NCBI GenBank assembly: GCA_038087875.1
Contig: JAXLNO010000627.1
Span: 372,001 to 436,000, forward strand
Origin: Malacoraja senta
Lineage: Eukaryota
Direction of reading: 5' to 3'
DNA: 64,000 bases
Position 1 is the stretch's first letter. Every line of letters starts with the position of its first letter. Below are positions 36,396-51,779 of the stretch, piece after piece. A program made the position numbers and the translations under genes. The notes under the pieces are model-generated. The model did no database searches. It was not told the DNA's origin and saw only the letters and a program-made list of their open reading frames with translations.

Positions 36396-37753
36396 GTACT
36401 CGGTGAAGTGATTTCTCCTTTTCATGCAACACACCAAGACTGCTGCTAAAACAGGGATGACAAGTTCACGGCATCCTTTGTTATAGCAGAGAGAAATCTC
36501 CAGCGGCACCAGGTTCCAGGCCAACGACGTTAGTTACACTCACTGAACAAACAATCACGCCAGCTGCTCCCAGTTTAGCGCTCCTGTGGGAATTACAGAC
36601 TTAAAGTGACACGCCAAACTTCAGAAATAAGTCTTAAAGAAGGAACTGCAGATGCTGGAAAATCGAAATGCTAACATGGTAGTGAACACAGTCTATGCCA
36701 AAATCGGGCAAGACTCACTGACCAACACGTTGCTTCACCTTTAGGAGAGATACGTATCTGTCTCTGTCCTAGTCCTGCCACACCAGGGGATGTGGCTTAT
36801 AATGACTGTCACTGAATGGACTCATTCTGGTGCAGCAACTGTGAACATGTGATTATGAGTGGATAGAGTTGCAACAATACATGTGGTCGAATTATGATGT
36901 GTATTTTTAAATGCCACATCACATATTATAACAGCTTCTGACTGTGTGGGACAGCTGCCATCCATACTGGGCCTGGCCCATATGTATGATTGAAAGATAC
37001 TTTATTGCCACATGTACCGAGGGTACCTCGGTACATTGAACTGCATGGTTTTGCATACATCCTAGGCAGGACACGTGTCGCCACGTTTTGGCGCACCATG
37101 TCTCACCAAGGTGATTGTCCCTGCAGTGCCCTTGTGAAACTGGCGAGGAACGGACATAAACTCAGAGAACAGAACAGCTCCACACGGCGACACACACAGT
37201 CATGTTACACTGGGATCATCCCATAATCCCGCGGCTCAATGCAACCAGACAAACATCTGTCACGCTGATATGACCAGGCGGTGCTACATACGTGGCCTTA
37301 TAGATTCCTACATGTCACCCAGTCTCCAATGCCACTATGTGTGCGGCTTTTCACACTACATGAAACCTAGCGTAACCAAAATAAGTCCAATCTCTTCGCT
37401 TGATTGTTCTCCCGCGGTCGGGGGCCTGCCTCGAGTCTTCCGTTGACGGACGATCTTGGCTCCCGCGGCGGTTGCCTCACCCCCCCCCCGCGTCGGGGCG
37501 ATCAAGCTCCTACATCGGGGGATGCCCGCTCCCTCCGCCCGGAGGCTGATCGAACCTTCTGCGTCGTTTGGAGCCTCCCGATATCGTCTCTAGCCGACAC
37601 TGCGAGCTCCTCAATGGTGAAATCCGCAGGCCACGGATGGAGCGTCGATCCCAGGCAACGAATCGGCTCCGATGGTAAGTCCACGTCCCCGCGGTGGGAC
37701 TCAAAGTCAGTCCCGAGCAAGGCATCCAGCTCCATGATGTTAGGCCGCAGAGC

Positions 37754-38640
37754 GACAAAGGACAAAGGACAAAGGACAAAGGACATTTATTGTCACATAC
37801 ACCAAATGGTGTAGTGAAATTTGTTCTTGCCATGCAGCACGAATAGACACAACATTAAAGGGATTTAACATAAAACATAAAAACATCCCCCCACAGTGGT
37901 TCTCACTGTGGGGGAAGGCACAAAGTCCAGTCCATAATCCCCTTGTCCACCCATAGTCTGGCCTATATAGGCCTCCACAGTCGCCGCTACGGGGGCCGAT
38001 GTTACAGGCCCTTCTTCGCCGGGTGATGGTGCTCCGGTGTCGGGAGAACCCTCTCAGCAGCTTGGGACACCTGGAACGGCCGTCTCCCTACCGGAGTCCG
38101 CGGCTTCCGAAGCCGACAGGCCGCGCTCGATGGAGCTCCACCACTGGCGATCTCGTCGCGAGATCCCAGGCTCCTGATGTAAAGTTCAGCGCCGCCGCCC
38201 GCAGCTGGCCGCTCCACAGTCCCGCAGCTCCACGATGTTCACCTGCGGTCTCAGCTCACCGGAGTTCCAGCGCGGCAACCCGGGCAAGGCATCACCCGCT
38301 CCGCTCTGCGATAGTGCTCCTGCGCTGTGCAGCCGCCCGCTCCGACCAGGTATGGACCCTAGAAAGTAGTTACCCCCTTCCCCCCCCACCCCCCCCACCC
38401 CACCCCACCCCCCCCACATAAAAATGAATAGAACTCCTTAAAACAAAACAACTGCCTAGATACGATCCGGAAAACAATCGCATCTCCGGCAAGATTGAAA
38501 GTTTTTCCCGAACCCATCCCCAAACACCACATAAAACAAACCAGAGAACATTTACACAAACTTTAAAAACACACTAAAAATATATTTTTTAAAAGGACGA
38601 TAAGACAGACAGACTGTTGACGAGGCTGCCATCGTCCTGC
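37754..38640 (-). mobile_element. GC-rich non-autonomous retroelement with (tgtcctt)n tail, abutting a related GC-rich repeat at about 37,380-37,753
   Basis: Minus-strand 3' end gtgtatgtgacaataaatgtcctttgtcctttgtcc with a CpG-rich body and no ORF. Confidence 0.5.
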
Positions 38641-38659
38641 GCACCCCCCCCCGCCCCAC

Positions 38660-41200
38660 CACCGTTCTCTTAGATCTGTCTATCTCTGCCTTAAGAATAT
38701 CCACTGACTTGGCCTCCACAACCTTTTTGTGGCAAATAATTCCACAGATTCACCTCCCTCTGACTAAATAAATTTCTCTTTGTCTCCTTCCAAAAAGAAA
38801 GTCCTTTAATTCTGAGGCTATGAACTTTAGGCCTAGTCACTCCCTTTATTGGACACATCCTCTCCACATTCACTCTATACAGCCCCTCATCTGTATGTTT
38901 CACTGAGGTCCCCCGTTATTCTTCTAAACTCCAGCGAGTGCAGGCCCAGTGCCGAAAAACACTCATCATTGGTTAACCTACTTATTCCAGGGATCATCTT
39001 GTCAACCTCAGGTGGACCGCCTCCAGAGCCAGCACATCCAGATATGGTGCCCAAAATTTCTTCCAATATTCCAAAGGCCTTACCAGTGCATTATGGAGCC
39101 TAAGCATTACATCACTGTTTTTGTATACACACCCTCATGAAATAAATGCTAGCATTGAGGTTACTTTCTTTACTGCTGATTCAACTTGCAGATTAACATT
39201 TTGGGAATCCGGCACTAGTACTCCTAAGTCCCTTTGCACCTCAGATGTCTGGATTCTCTCGCCATTTTAAAAATGTTGTCTCTGCCTTGAACCTGCTACC
39301 AAAATGCATGATTCCACACTTTGCTACGCTATATATTGCTATATTCCATCTGCCACTTCACTGCGCACTCTCCCAACCTGCCTAAGTCTTTCTGCAGAAT
39401 CCCTGCTTTCTCTACACTACCTGCCCATTCACTTATTTTCGTATTATCTGCAAACTTGGTGACAAAGCCTTTAATCCCCTTGTTCACATCATTAATATAC
39501 AACATGAAGAGTAGCGGCCCCAGTACCGACCCCTGCGGGACACCGCTATTCACTGGCAGCCAACCAGAAAAAGCCCCCTTTATTGCCATTCAGCCAACCT
39601 GCTATCCATACTTGTGTCTGCCCTTTGATACCATCGGCTCCCATCTTCCTTAGCAGCCTCACGTGTGGCACCTTATCAAAGGCTTTCTGAAAATCGAAGG
39701 AAGCAACATCTATTGACTCTGTCTGTCTTGCTATTTACTTCTTTAAATGATTCCAGCAAATTTGTCAAGCAAATTTCTCCTTCACAAAGCCATGCTGACT
39801 TTGGCCTATTTTACCGTGAACTTCTTAGTACTCCGTAACCTCATCATTTATAATGGACTCTAAAATCTTACCAACAACCTTCGTCATACTAACCAGCCTA
39901 CAGTTCCCATTATTCTGCTTTGCTCCCTTCTTGTGCAGCGGGGTAATGTTGGCAATTTTCCAATCGCCTGGGATCACTCCTGACTCTAGTGATTCTTGAA
40001 ATATCACTATCAACGCCTCCCCAATCTCATAAGCCACCTCTTTCAGAACCCGAGGTTGCATTCCATCCAGTCCAAGTTGAATTATCCACCTTCAGCCACT
40101 CAGCCCACTCAGCATCCCAAGCACGTACTCTATTGTAATAGGCATCCATTAACATCTACTCCATGACTCTCTTGAATTTCAGGCACGTTGCTGGTGTTTT
40201 CCACTGTGAAGACTGTGGCAATAAAGTTATTAAACACCTCTGCCATTACTTTATTCCCTTCGCTCCATAGATGCTGCCCGAAACGTTGCCTATTCCCTTC
40301 GCTCCATAGATGCTGCTGCACCTGCTGAGTTTGTCCAGCATTGTTTGTGTACCTTCGATTTCCCAGCATCTGCAGTTCCTTCTTAAACACTTTATTCCCC
40401 ATTATCACTTCTCCTGCATCATTCTCCAGCTGTCCAACGTCCAGTCTTGCCTCTTTCTTACTCTTTGTATAAGTGAAGAAACTCTTGCAATCCTCTTTTA
40501 TATTATTGCCTAGCTTCCTTTCGTATTTCATAATTTCTCCCCGTATTGCCTTTTTAGTTACCTTCTGTTGTTCTTTAAAATATTCCCAATATTCTGGCTT
40601 CGCAGGAATCTTTGCTATGTTATCCGCCTTCTCTTTTAGTTTTATACTGTCTTTGACTTCCCTTGACTGTCACGGTTGCCTCTTTCTCCCCCTAGAATCT
40701 TTCTTCCTGTTTGGAATGAAAAGATCCTGCATCTTCCAGATTATTCCCAGCAATTCCTTCCATTACTGTTACACTGTCATCCCTGCTGGGTTCCCTTCCC
40801 TGTTAACTTTGGCCAGCTCCTCCCTCGTGCCTCTGTAGTCCCCTTTCCTCATCTGGAATACCAGCACATCCGATTTCACCTTCTCCCTCTCAAATTGCAG
40901 ATTAAAACTTATCATATTGTGGTCGCCACTTCTTCGTGGTACCTATACATTGAGTTCTTTTATCAAACCCCGTCCATTGCATAACACTAAATCCAGAATT
41001 CCCTCTTCCCTGGTGGGCTCCACAACAAGCTGCTCTAAGAATCCATCTCGGAGATACTCTACAAATTCCCCTTCTTGGGGTCCAGTACCAACCTGATTGT
41101 CCCAGTCCACCTGCATATTGAAATCTCCCATGATCACATTCACCAAAAAAAGCCTTTTCTACATGCCAATTTTATCTCCTGATGTAATTGTATCCTGGTT
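38660..41200 (-). mobile_element. Decayed CR1 LINE (endonuclease and RT)
   Basis: VIMGDFN..ILDLVL, PRVLKEVA..WKIANITPLHKKG, GVPQGSVLGPLLF..FADNTK, LFSQREVNLWN. Confidence 0.9.
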
Positions 41201-42519
41201 ACTGTTTGGTGGCCTCCATCCTCCACCCAAGTCGCAGTAGCTTATCGTTTTCACCTAACAAACAGCAAGCAATGGCCTGTTTCCTTCACCATCGTTAGTT
41301 TTTTTGCATATCTTTCATTCATTGTTCTTTATCTCTCGACATCATCGTCTATATCTCTCGTTTCTCTTATCCCTAACAAGTCAGAAGAAGGGTCTCGACC
41401 CTAAACGGCAACCGTTTCTTCTCTCCAGGGATGGTGCCTGTGCCGCTGTGTTACTCCAGCTGTTTGTGTGCATCTTCGGTTTAAACCAGCATCTGCATTA
41501 CTTCGTCTTCTTGCGAATGGCGTGCACAGCCTAAAGTTGTAAGACAACTTGTTCTATGTGATCTCATTTGATTGGTTGATTGCATTGGTCCAAAAAGGGC
41601 GGACCACGTGAAGGTTGCAATCTTCCACCCCATTGTATTATACGGTTTATGGGAAGGCGCGGGAAATGCACAGCATCGCGACGAAGCTCCCACCTAAGGC
41701 AGTGGAGGGATATGTGCATTCAGCAGCAAGAGCAAGAGAACGAAACCGGAGCTCGGTCAGACGCACAGAACTGGAATTATTGACACAGTGTGGGGCAATA
41801 ATCCGTAAACTAAACAGATAGCACATTGTTGTCTTCATTTTACCGTGATTTGACACTGGTGATGAACAACTACATCAGATTCTCCTCCTCTTTCTGACCT
41901 CAAGCATCCCCCTCCATAACAATTTAGATGATATTTGCATCGAGATCAGTCTCGCTGGTGCATAGACCATACTGATGAAGGACTGAGCACTTTATATAAA
42001 GCAACAAGCTGTGGGTTCCCATTTCGAAAATAATGCGACGTGATTTATCATTGGGCATTCACTGGTCTGACCATGTTTATGGAGCGAGTCTGTGAAGAAA
42101 CGGACCTGAGTCAGTGTGACAGCAGCGCCGGCGTAATCCCGCTCAACAAAGAGAGGCTGCGGTAGACAGAACGCTCCCCCTCGTGGCTGCCGCGGGAACG
42201 GCAGCCTGCGCTGTTGATCAGGCATTCCGTGAGCTGGCCGTTTAGGAATTGTCCGAGAGGCAAAGGCTACTCGGAAGCTGTGAAATCTCCTCTCCTTCTT
42301 TAAAGAATCAGAGGACATCGTGAACAAATTAAATCGGTGGTAAAGAGCCTGAAACTAGGATTGATTAATAATATGCACCCGTGAAATAGGATTATAATCA
42401 CATTCATTAGCATTTGTATAATGATTAATTGTATTTGATGATATTGCATTGAAGTTTCTGCTTGGGTCTAATGGGATGCAATATAATAAATTGAAGGCTT
42501 ATTGACAAGCAGGTACGGA

Positions 42520-44940
42520 GACAGACAGAGCAGCGACACCAACCACCTTCTTTGCTCCCCTCACCCACTCCAATCTCATCCCCTCTGAACGTACTGACCT
42601 CCGCTGACTCAGCAACAAACCCAACATTGTTATTAAACCCGCCGACAAGGAGGTGCCGTTGTGGTCTGGTACGCTGAGCTCTAATGTGTTGATGCCAGCC
42701 GCCAGCTCTCGGAAATCTCCTCATATTTATGCATTGACCATGATCCCAGAGACGACCACCTGGCCAACACCTAGATACCAGACGGTTTCTAAGCTCGTCG
42801 CCTTTAGCGGTATTCCATCAACAGCCTCCAAACTTAACCGTCTCGAGCTCCGCACTGCGCTCATCTCTCTATTCACCAAAATTCACAAACAATAAGAAAC
42901 AACCTATTGTTTCTACCTCTGACTGTTACTGCACACACTGTACTTATCCCCCCATACCTTCTCCACATATCTTATTCCACTTCTCCAGTTCATTTCATGT
43001 ACAGACGAGAAACCTCACACACCCTCATACCACGCTTTAATCACTGTCAATTTCTAGGACCCTATCACCTTGTAAGATCAGCTCTGACCCCTCTCATCCT
43101 AGCCACAAACTCTTTAAATCACTTCCCTCTGGAAGGCGACTCCGGACTGTCAAAACCGCCACATCTAGACATAAAAACAGCGTTGTTTTCACGAGTAGTA
43201 GCTCTGCTCAATAACTAAAAGTTTGTCGCCTTATTTTTCTCTGGTATTTCGTTCATTTCGTTCACATGTTTAAATTATAATGTTTTATTATTAATGTTTA
43301 ATGATTTATGTGTCATTCTTAATTGTTCTGTATGTCGTGTCGTTCCTTGCGCGCGGAGCACCAAGGCAGATTCCTTGTATGTGTACATACTTGTACAATA
43401 AACATTCATTCATTCATTGATCCGTTCATCCATTCATTCATTCATTCACACTCGAACCCTTTACGCACCTATCTTCCACCAGGAATGTACTCCGATTCTA
43501 CCTCGAACCGAAACGCAAATAATTTCCCTCTCCTATCACTCTCCTCCGCCCGCTGCAACTTGTCCACGCCCTGAACAACTTCTCTTTGGACACTATTCAC
43601 ATTTTTCCAAGTTATAGCTGTAGCAATGACGACTCGCATGGGCTCCAGCTATGCCTGCCATTTTATCTGTTATGACCCACAGTATTTGTTGCAAGCGTAC
43701 ACTCGCAACACTTGTTTTTGTACCGATGAGCTCGTTGATTTCAGTAAATTCACAACTTCCACCCAGTCCACAAATTCATCTGGCTTATCTCTGACACCGC
43801 TCTTCACTTTCTTGATCTCTCTGTCTCTAACACAAGGAACAGAATAACGGCTGACATCTACTACAAACCTACCGAGTCCCAAAGTTATCTGGACTACAAT
43901 TGCTCGCACCCTGCCTCCTGCAAAGACGCCATACGGACTCTCAATTTCTCCGCCTCCCCGCATCTGCTCGGAAGATGAGGCATCCCACTCTAGAACATTC
44001 TAGATGTCTTATTTCTTTAGTAAACATCGTTACTACCTGCTACCATGCATTACTCCTGGCCTGCATCGCCCCTATTTCTTGTAATCCTGCTCTCATTTCC
44101 CTTCCCCCGGACAGAACCGGGAATCAGAGATTGGTTCCATGCTGTGTGACAATGACTATGGTGAGTAAGTGTCATTTAAGGGCAAACACTAACTACAGCT
44201 ACAAAACATGTGCACTATCGGGCCTCACGTGCACATTGAAGATAAAATAATGCAGCACGGGAGTGGGCGCTTCGGCCCACAATAGATGCACCGTTGATGA
44301 TGGTTAAACGGATTTCATCTGTCTACAATGATCCACATACACTATACCTTGCAGTTCCAGGTATCTATCTGAAAATCACTTCTATTGTCGTGTCTGCCTC
44401 CTCCACCACCCCCTGACAATGCGTTCCACGCTCCCACCATTTGTTGAGTAAATATCTGCCCTCGCACATCTCCACTAAACATATTTCCCCTCACATGATA
44501 GGTTTGCCCTCTAGTGTTGGGCAAGACCAATCTTAGAATGGGTGACGCTTTCGCCGAAAACATGCGCTCAGTCCTCAAAGTCGTAATGGCTCTCCGGTTG
44601 CTAAGAACATTAACACCGTCCCATTCCCATGCTCACCTTTGTATCATGCGCGCCCTCTGTTGCCCGAATGAGGCCACAGCAAACTGGTGGAACAACGACT
44701 CATGTTCCGCTTCTGTGACTGACAACCCAACTGAATGAGCATTGTATTCTACAATTTTAGGTAATATTTAATAAAGCCCCCATTACTTGGCACGTTTTGC
44801 TCCGCCCAGGTATTATCTTTCCCCTCATCAGTCTAAAGAAGGGTCCCGAACGGAACGTCAGCTGGCATATTCTCCAGGAACGATGCTGGATCCAACAATT
44901 TGTAACTTTGTTTTTCTAAACTAGCATCGACAGCTCCTCA
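42520..44940 (+). mobile_element. Decayed Penelope-like element interrupted by a Rex1 3' fragment (43,075-43,447) and a CR1 3' fragment (about 44,250-44,510, minus strand)
   Basis: NIVIKPADK(G)GAVVVW at about 42,620, MGSSYAC at about 43,640, GIY-YIG remnant GKTNLRMGDAFAE at about 44,520, and a degenerate hammerhead at about 44,830. Confidence 0.75.
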
Positions 44941-47900
44941 TTTCTACACCACGAAGAGAGATAAATAGACAAGAATAACTTATTGTCTGTTAAATTATGT
45001 CATAATGTCTATTAAATTGTTATTTAACATGGTTTACTTGGTTTTGGCTAAGGGGCACGAGAGGGATTTGATACAGGAAATATGGATATTATGGGCAAGT
45101 TTGTGCCTTGTTGAAATCAACAGCTTACATATTGGGGGAAGCATGATGGCAAACTATGGCAACATAAAGACGGTATCTTAAAGGTCAGGTTTGGAGTGGA
45201 AATAAATAACATGGAGAAGTGTTTAAGTTGCAAGGCATGTGTAACTGGGGTAAAAAGAATAGAATGTAAAGCAGACAGTGGACAATAATACAGACCATAC
45301 ATGAAGAGAATGTTGAGTCTCATTGTACTCGTTCTCACCTCGCAAACAAATAACAATGGTCTGTTTCCTTTATCATCGTTACGTTTTTGCATATCTTTCA
45401 ATCATTTATTCTATATCTCTCCATATCATCCCTATCTCTCTTTTCCTTTCCCCTGGCGCTCAGTCTGGAGTAGGGTCTCGACCTGAAACGTCACCTATTA
45501 CTTTTCTCCAGAGATGCTGTCTGACCCGCTGACTTTCTCCATCGTTTTGCATCTATCTACATGTTATTGCAGCAGGTTGATCAGCAGGTCGAACGTGACG
45601 TGGATATGAAAGCGATGTTGGGTCGGGAGGCTAAATCTCAACAGAGCCCGATCGGTGAGGACGCCGAAAGCATGAACTGTATTCGAACAATTGATTTGAA
45701 ACGCCAGCAGTTTCTGACATCCGTGAGGGGAAATATGTTCTCCCTTTCCTCAGGTGCAATCAAACTGTTGTCTCGCGTCCGCTGTCCTTGTCAATATTCA
45801 GCTCATTGGAAAGTTCACGAGTCGTCAAACAACATCGGAATGTTTAGTTTCTAAAAATATCTGCTCAGATGTGTACATAAACTATCTTCTTCTTCTTGCG
45901 TTTGTCGCAATGTTCTATTTGATATTATTTGATTGTGCATGCCGGGTTGATTGCATTCGTCGAAACAGGGCGGATCAAGTGAAGGTTGCAATCTTCCACC
46001 CAACAAAAAATATCAATATTATATCATCGCAAGAGAAAAAATGCGTGTTTTGTCTCAACGAATCAATGTCACTGCTTCTCCATATTGACTTCTCACCACA
46101 CGTGAGCCCCAAACATGGTCGATGGAGTCGAATATACTTGGAATTGTTTAATGCACCTGATGTGTCCTCACTTGCTGAGTCGTTCCAAGCTGCTGATAAA
46201 CCGTTGACCTGAGGTCAGTCATGACTTTGATAACTTGTCCTCGTTTTTAACGTTCAGTGATCCCGAGGGAGTTGGACGTAGCTTTGTTTTTTTAAAGATT
46301 TAATCTGTTCGATTCTTTTGAGATAATGTATTGATGTGAGGTGTGAGTCAAAAATGTTCCTGCAAGAAGACGATTGAATCCGTCCAGTTATTATTGTCTC
46401 AGTGGAACAACGCCATGGGCGGAAATCCCGGGGTACGGGGGAGGGGAGTGGGGGGGAGAGGACAGGTCACCTCCATTTATTGAGAGGTGCGGACGTCCAA
46501 TTGAACCTCTGTCTCACCCGGATTGCTGACCTGTCAGCAGAACGACAATACGTGTTTGCAATCGATGTATTCACAGTGAATAGATACATGATAAAAGGAA
46601 GAAATGCGAGAAAGGTTACCTTGGCTGCAGTAACTAGGACGAGACATTAAGAAATATTGCAGCTAAATTTCACCAATACCACACTTCCATTCTGACTGGA
46701 AGGCACTGATGAGGGAGGGTGAGATGGCTATTCAAGAATGGTCTGAGAGCACTAAGACTATACCGAAGCATGGCAGAGAATCAGAGGACATTTTGAAAAA
46801 TCGGACGGTAGGAAAGAGACTGGAACTGGACCGGACAGAATGCTAATGTACACCCATGGATTAGGATTTTATCACATGTATTTGTATTTATACAGTTATT
46901 GATTTTAATTGTTCTGATTTTCATATTGTCGTATATCAGGAAGCAAAATGATAAATTGAAACCCCTGATATTTGTTATGTAGGTGGGAAGAGGGGATAAC
47001 AGGCATCAATTAGTTCAAGATGCGATATTGGAGGCTATTATATAATGTGGCTTTATTGGGCGCAGATAATTGCCAAGATAGGGAAATGTTGTCGGGGATT
47101 GTTTTAATTATAATATAGAATGTTAGGACGATAATAAATAGATGTGTCAATGTATTTAGCCTTCACAGCACAGTGTAATTAAAATGGCTAAAACCAATGC
47201 CACCTGCTGAAAAACAGGTTTATTTATCTATCGAGGGGGGTAGGGGCAGGGGATTGGCCTTTTCTAAAAAAAATGTCCACTCCATCAATTCTCCCTACAC
47301 GGATATTGATATCTATGGTATCTATTTGATAGATATATGGAAGAGAGATGTTTCAAAACAACAGGAGACGTAAGGTTAATGTTAACGCTGCGGAAAGACA
47401 AGGACTAAAGGCCACAGAGACATTGATCAATGATCATTTATTTCAACTACACAAATACTATTGTGTCACGAGAATATAAAAATGCTGTCGGTACTACGAA
47501 TTATTGAAAGACTTTGGGTTCTCTTGGAGTGTTTCGCGGTTGCACTGATAAAGGCCTTCAAAAATCCGACTTGTTCGATAGAATCTCCCCTGATCTACGA
47601 GCTGTTTAATGTTGTGTCTGTGCCTATCTGAGTAAAGCGAACTGTTGGGTACGAGTATAGCACAAAATAGCACAAAATTCCCTCCTACATTTCTCATGGA
47701 CATTCACTCATCTGAACATGTTTAAGGCACGAGTGTGTGAATAGACGGCTCCCGAGTAAGAGTGAGATCAACACCGGGGTAATCCCGTTCAACAAATAGA
47801 CGCAGCGGCAGACCGCTACCCCAGCTCATGGTCGGCAGTGGCTGTATCAGCGAGCGGACATGCTGCGCTGTTGACTCGTTGATCCGTGTGTTTCTGGTAT

Positions 47901-49779
47901 TTCATTGATGGTATTTAACCATAGGCGTGTACGTACTCGCACCGGTTCATGTCATAATCATAAATTAGCATAAACAAGCCCTTGGCCCCAAGGCGTTCAT
48001 GGCGACCTTGACTAGTCGCATTGCCTAAGGTTGTCCCATGTCCACGACCCAATGTATTTAAGCGTCATATTTGCACCCATCACTACCACTGCGTCTGGCA
48101 AAACGTTCCATATACTCGCCATCTTCTGCTTGGATATATGCATCCAGGTCTCCTTAAATCCTCTCTCGCCTTATGAAGTTCGCCTCCAGTTACAGACACT
48201 CTAGCTTTCTATAGATAACAGCGTCAGCCTATCAGATCTCGTCAAAACTTCTAATTATTTTCTATGTTTTACTTATCAACATCGCAGCATCGTTATTGTA
48301 CATAACCAGCTGCGCGCAACATAATGCAAAAATGGTCACGTCAATATCTTGAACGGCTGTAGCATTATGTCCCTCATATGTGTATCTGTGTCACCACGTT
48401 CAGTAAACGATGTACTTGTATTCATCGGCCCATCTGTGTCACAATACGCTGCAGGATCCTGTCATTTCTTACGCTAGTCCATCGCTCACACATCAGTTAC
48501 TTTCCATTCCTCATGCGCAACGTGACGATTGAGTATAGCATCTCGTGAGGTCGAGCCTTCCAGTTCAGAAAGATTTCCCCTCAGAAACCATTCCTGGGCG
48601 TATTTACCAAATTCTGCCGCATCTAATCATTTAGTACTATGGGATTCCCATTCAATATTCAGGAAAGAAAATAAGTACTATTCTAGTTACTATTATACTA
48701 TTACTATTCCAGCTAGCTGCGCTTTTCTGACATATTTGCCCCTCTCATGCCCGCTCACTATTGAGGGTTATGCTCTCCAATCCATCAACATGATCGAACA
48801 TTTCAAACTCTGGTTTTCCATAATACCGGCTAGCAGCCCAGGTTTTTCCTAATGCGGCTAGCAGGGTAATTCCGCAGTCTAATTCCTCTGACAAATACCA
48901 TCCAAAAACCATGTTTTGCAGCTTACAACTGCTTTGACTTAAGCGTGGGGAAGTAAAAAAGCAAGTTGCTTTTCAGTAGCAGGGAGTTAACAAACAACAT
49001 AGAACAGTACAGTGCAGTGCAGAAATATACACTTCAGCCCAGAATGTCCTACATGGTGCCACGGTTAAATAACGTTACGTTGCCTACGCAGGATAGATAT
49101 CCCTCCATTCTCTGGACAACACTGTGCCTATCGAAATGCCACACACACCACTATCGTATCTGCCTCAGTCACCAAACATAACAGAGATTTCCAGGCATCC
49201 GCCACGCTTTGTGCAAAGACCTCGCCTGCACATCTCCTTTAAACATGACCTCACTTTGAAGCTAAAAGTTCTCCAGATCTTGACATTTCCACTCTGGAAA
49301 ATGTTTGAACTGTGTGACCTATCTATGCGCCTCGTCATCTTATATTTTTTTCTATCAGTTCTTCCTCTGGATTTTTTCAGCTGCTGGAGTTCCAGCGATA
49401 ACAATTCAAGTGTGTTCAACCTTGCCTTGTACATAATGCTGACTAATCGAGACAGCATCCTGGTAAACTCTTCTGCTCCCTCTTAAAACCTCTGTGTCTT
49501 TCCTAAAACAATGCGATCAAAAATGCACACACTGCTCCAAATACCACTCTGTCCACTCGTGTTTCCACTATCAGGCAGCTGTAGACCTTGACCCAAGGAT
49601 GCTGGAGTATCTCAACCCGTCAAGCAGCATCTCTGGAGCAAATTGATATGGTGCTCTACCAGAAACGTCACATATCCATTTTCACCAGAGATGCAGCTTG
49701 ACACGCTGAATTGCTCCAGCATTTTGTGTCTACCCTTGGCGACATCTCAACTACCCTAACTCACTTAAATGTCCCCCAT

Positions 49780-50700
49780 CTGAAGCTCACTCAGCAACAA
49801 ACCACACATTGTTTTTACACCCGCCGGCAAGGGGGGTGCCAAATGTAGCCAGGCAGTCTGACCTCCACCCTGCCATCTCTCGGACACTTCCTCATCCCTA
49901 CCCCTTCACCATGAACCCACAGACGATCAACAGGCCATCATCTCCCAAACTGCTTCTGATCTCATCATCTCTGAGGATCTCCATCAACACCCTCCAACCT
50001 TACCGTTCTCCAACCCCGCATTGCCCGGTGGTTATATCGCCTCCCCAAAATACACAAAGAGAATTTCCCTGGCAGACCCACTGCTTTTGCCTGCTTTGCC
50101 CCACTGACCTCATCTCCACACACGTTGATTCTTGCTTATCTCCCCTCGTCAAATCCCTTCCTTGTACATGCGAGACACCTAATACGCCGTTCAACTCTTC
50201 AATAACTTTCCATTTCTAGACTTTCTTTGCCAGGGACGTCCGGTCCCTGTACACCTTCGTCCTCAAAGAGGAAGCTGTAGGAAGGAACCGCAGATGTTTG
50301 GTTAAATCGAAGATAGAGACAAATGCTGGAGAAACTCAGCGGGACAGGCCGCACCTTCCAGAGATGCTGCCTGTCCCGCTCAGTCACTCCAGCATTCCGT
50401 GTCTATCTCCACGAGGAAGGTCTCAATGCATTTCGGTTCTTCTTCGATTAAGGACCAAATTGATTTCACCCTACTAGCATTCTTCCCTACCTGGCAGACG
50501 TCCTCGCCCTCAACAAATTCTCTTCGGACTCCATTAATTTTCTCCAAGTTAAAGGTGTAGCCATGGGCGCTCGGATGGGCCCCGGTATGCCTGCCTTTTT
50601 TCACCTTGACGTCGAACAGTACTTGTTCAACACGGACACTTGTATCATCTCCCAACTATTTTTCCGCTACATTGACGACAATACCGGGGCTGCCTGCCGG
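49780..50700 (+). mobile_element. Decayed Penelope-like RT fragment
   Basis: ccggcaaggggggtgcc (KGGA motif) and GVAMGARMGP..FFRYIDD. Confidence 0.75.
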
Positions 50701-51779
50701 AAACCTCCCATGCGATTTTTTTCCTCAATGGAAGAAATTTATTCAGCAGAAATCATGAATGGAATTCAAAATCTAACAGCAACTCCTCGCGACTCAAATC
50801 ACCAGAGTTGCTCTGATATATGTCTCTGATTAACAAAGATTGTAGGTTGGGGTTGCTGATATTCTGGTGAGATAATTAGTCAGGGTCACAGATACATGAA
50901 ATACAGAAGCAGGACATTCTGCCCAAGGTGCCAATGCCATCCACCATGTAGCAATATGCACCTCCATTTCCCATCACTCGGATGGTAACCTTACTTATCA
51001 TTGCGTTTCATGTGCTCATCTAAATATTTTTTCAAAGCGTTCTGAGTGCCGAGATCCATTACCGAATCAGGCAACGCATTTTATACCTGAAGCTCAGAGT
51101 GGGTGGAAGAACCCTTACTTATATGCCCACATAACAGTTACCTGGAGCGTCTTACCTCCGGTAAGGCGATACATTTCTCACGTATCCAGTCGCGCAACAG
51201 TCCTCGTCGTTTTGTGAACCTCAAACAGAGCCCCCATTCATTTCCCTCCAGTTTAAAGAGCACGAGCATTATCCTCGCAGACAGCAGAAACCATCTCTTG
51301 CAGCACCCTGGTACAACTCCCTGCAAGCTCTCATGATCGCGGAGACCCCGATTCCACCTGATGTTTCAAATATGAGTCAGCGAGTCATGGAGTTATGGAT
51401 ACATACAGCGTGGAAATAGGCCCTTCGGCCAATCGTGCCCTTAACGGTCATCATTTCCCGCCTACACTCGTTCCACCTACCACGTTTGGCCCTCATCTCT
51501 CCAAACCTGCCCTATCCATGTATATGTCAAACTGTTTCTTACCATGTTGGAATAGTCCCAGACTCAACTACCCCAGCTGGATGGTTGTTCCATATATCCA
51601 CCGCCCTTTGTGTGAAAAGGTTACCCCCTCAGATTCCAATTAAATCTACTTCCCTCGCCTTAATGAAGGTATGATGTTGTGGGATTTACAGAGACGTGAC
51701 TGCAAGAGGATCGGAGTTGGGAGCTGAATATTCAAGGTTATACGTTCTACCGGAAAGATACGCTATTCTATTGTCTATT

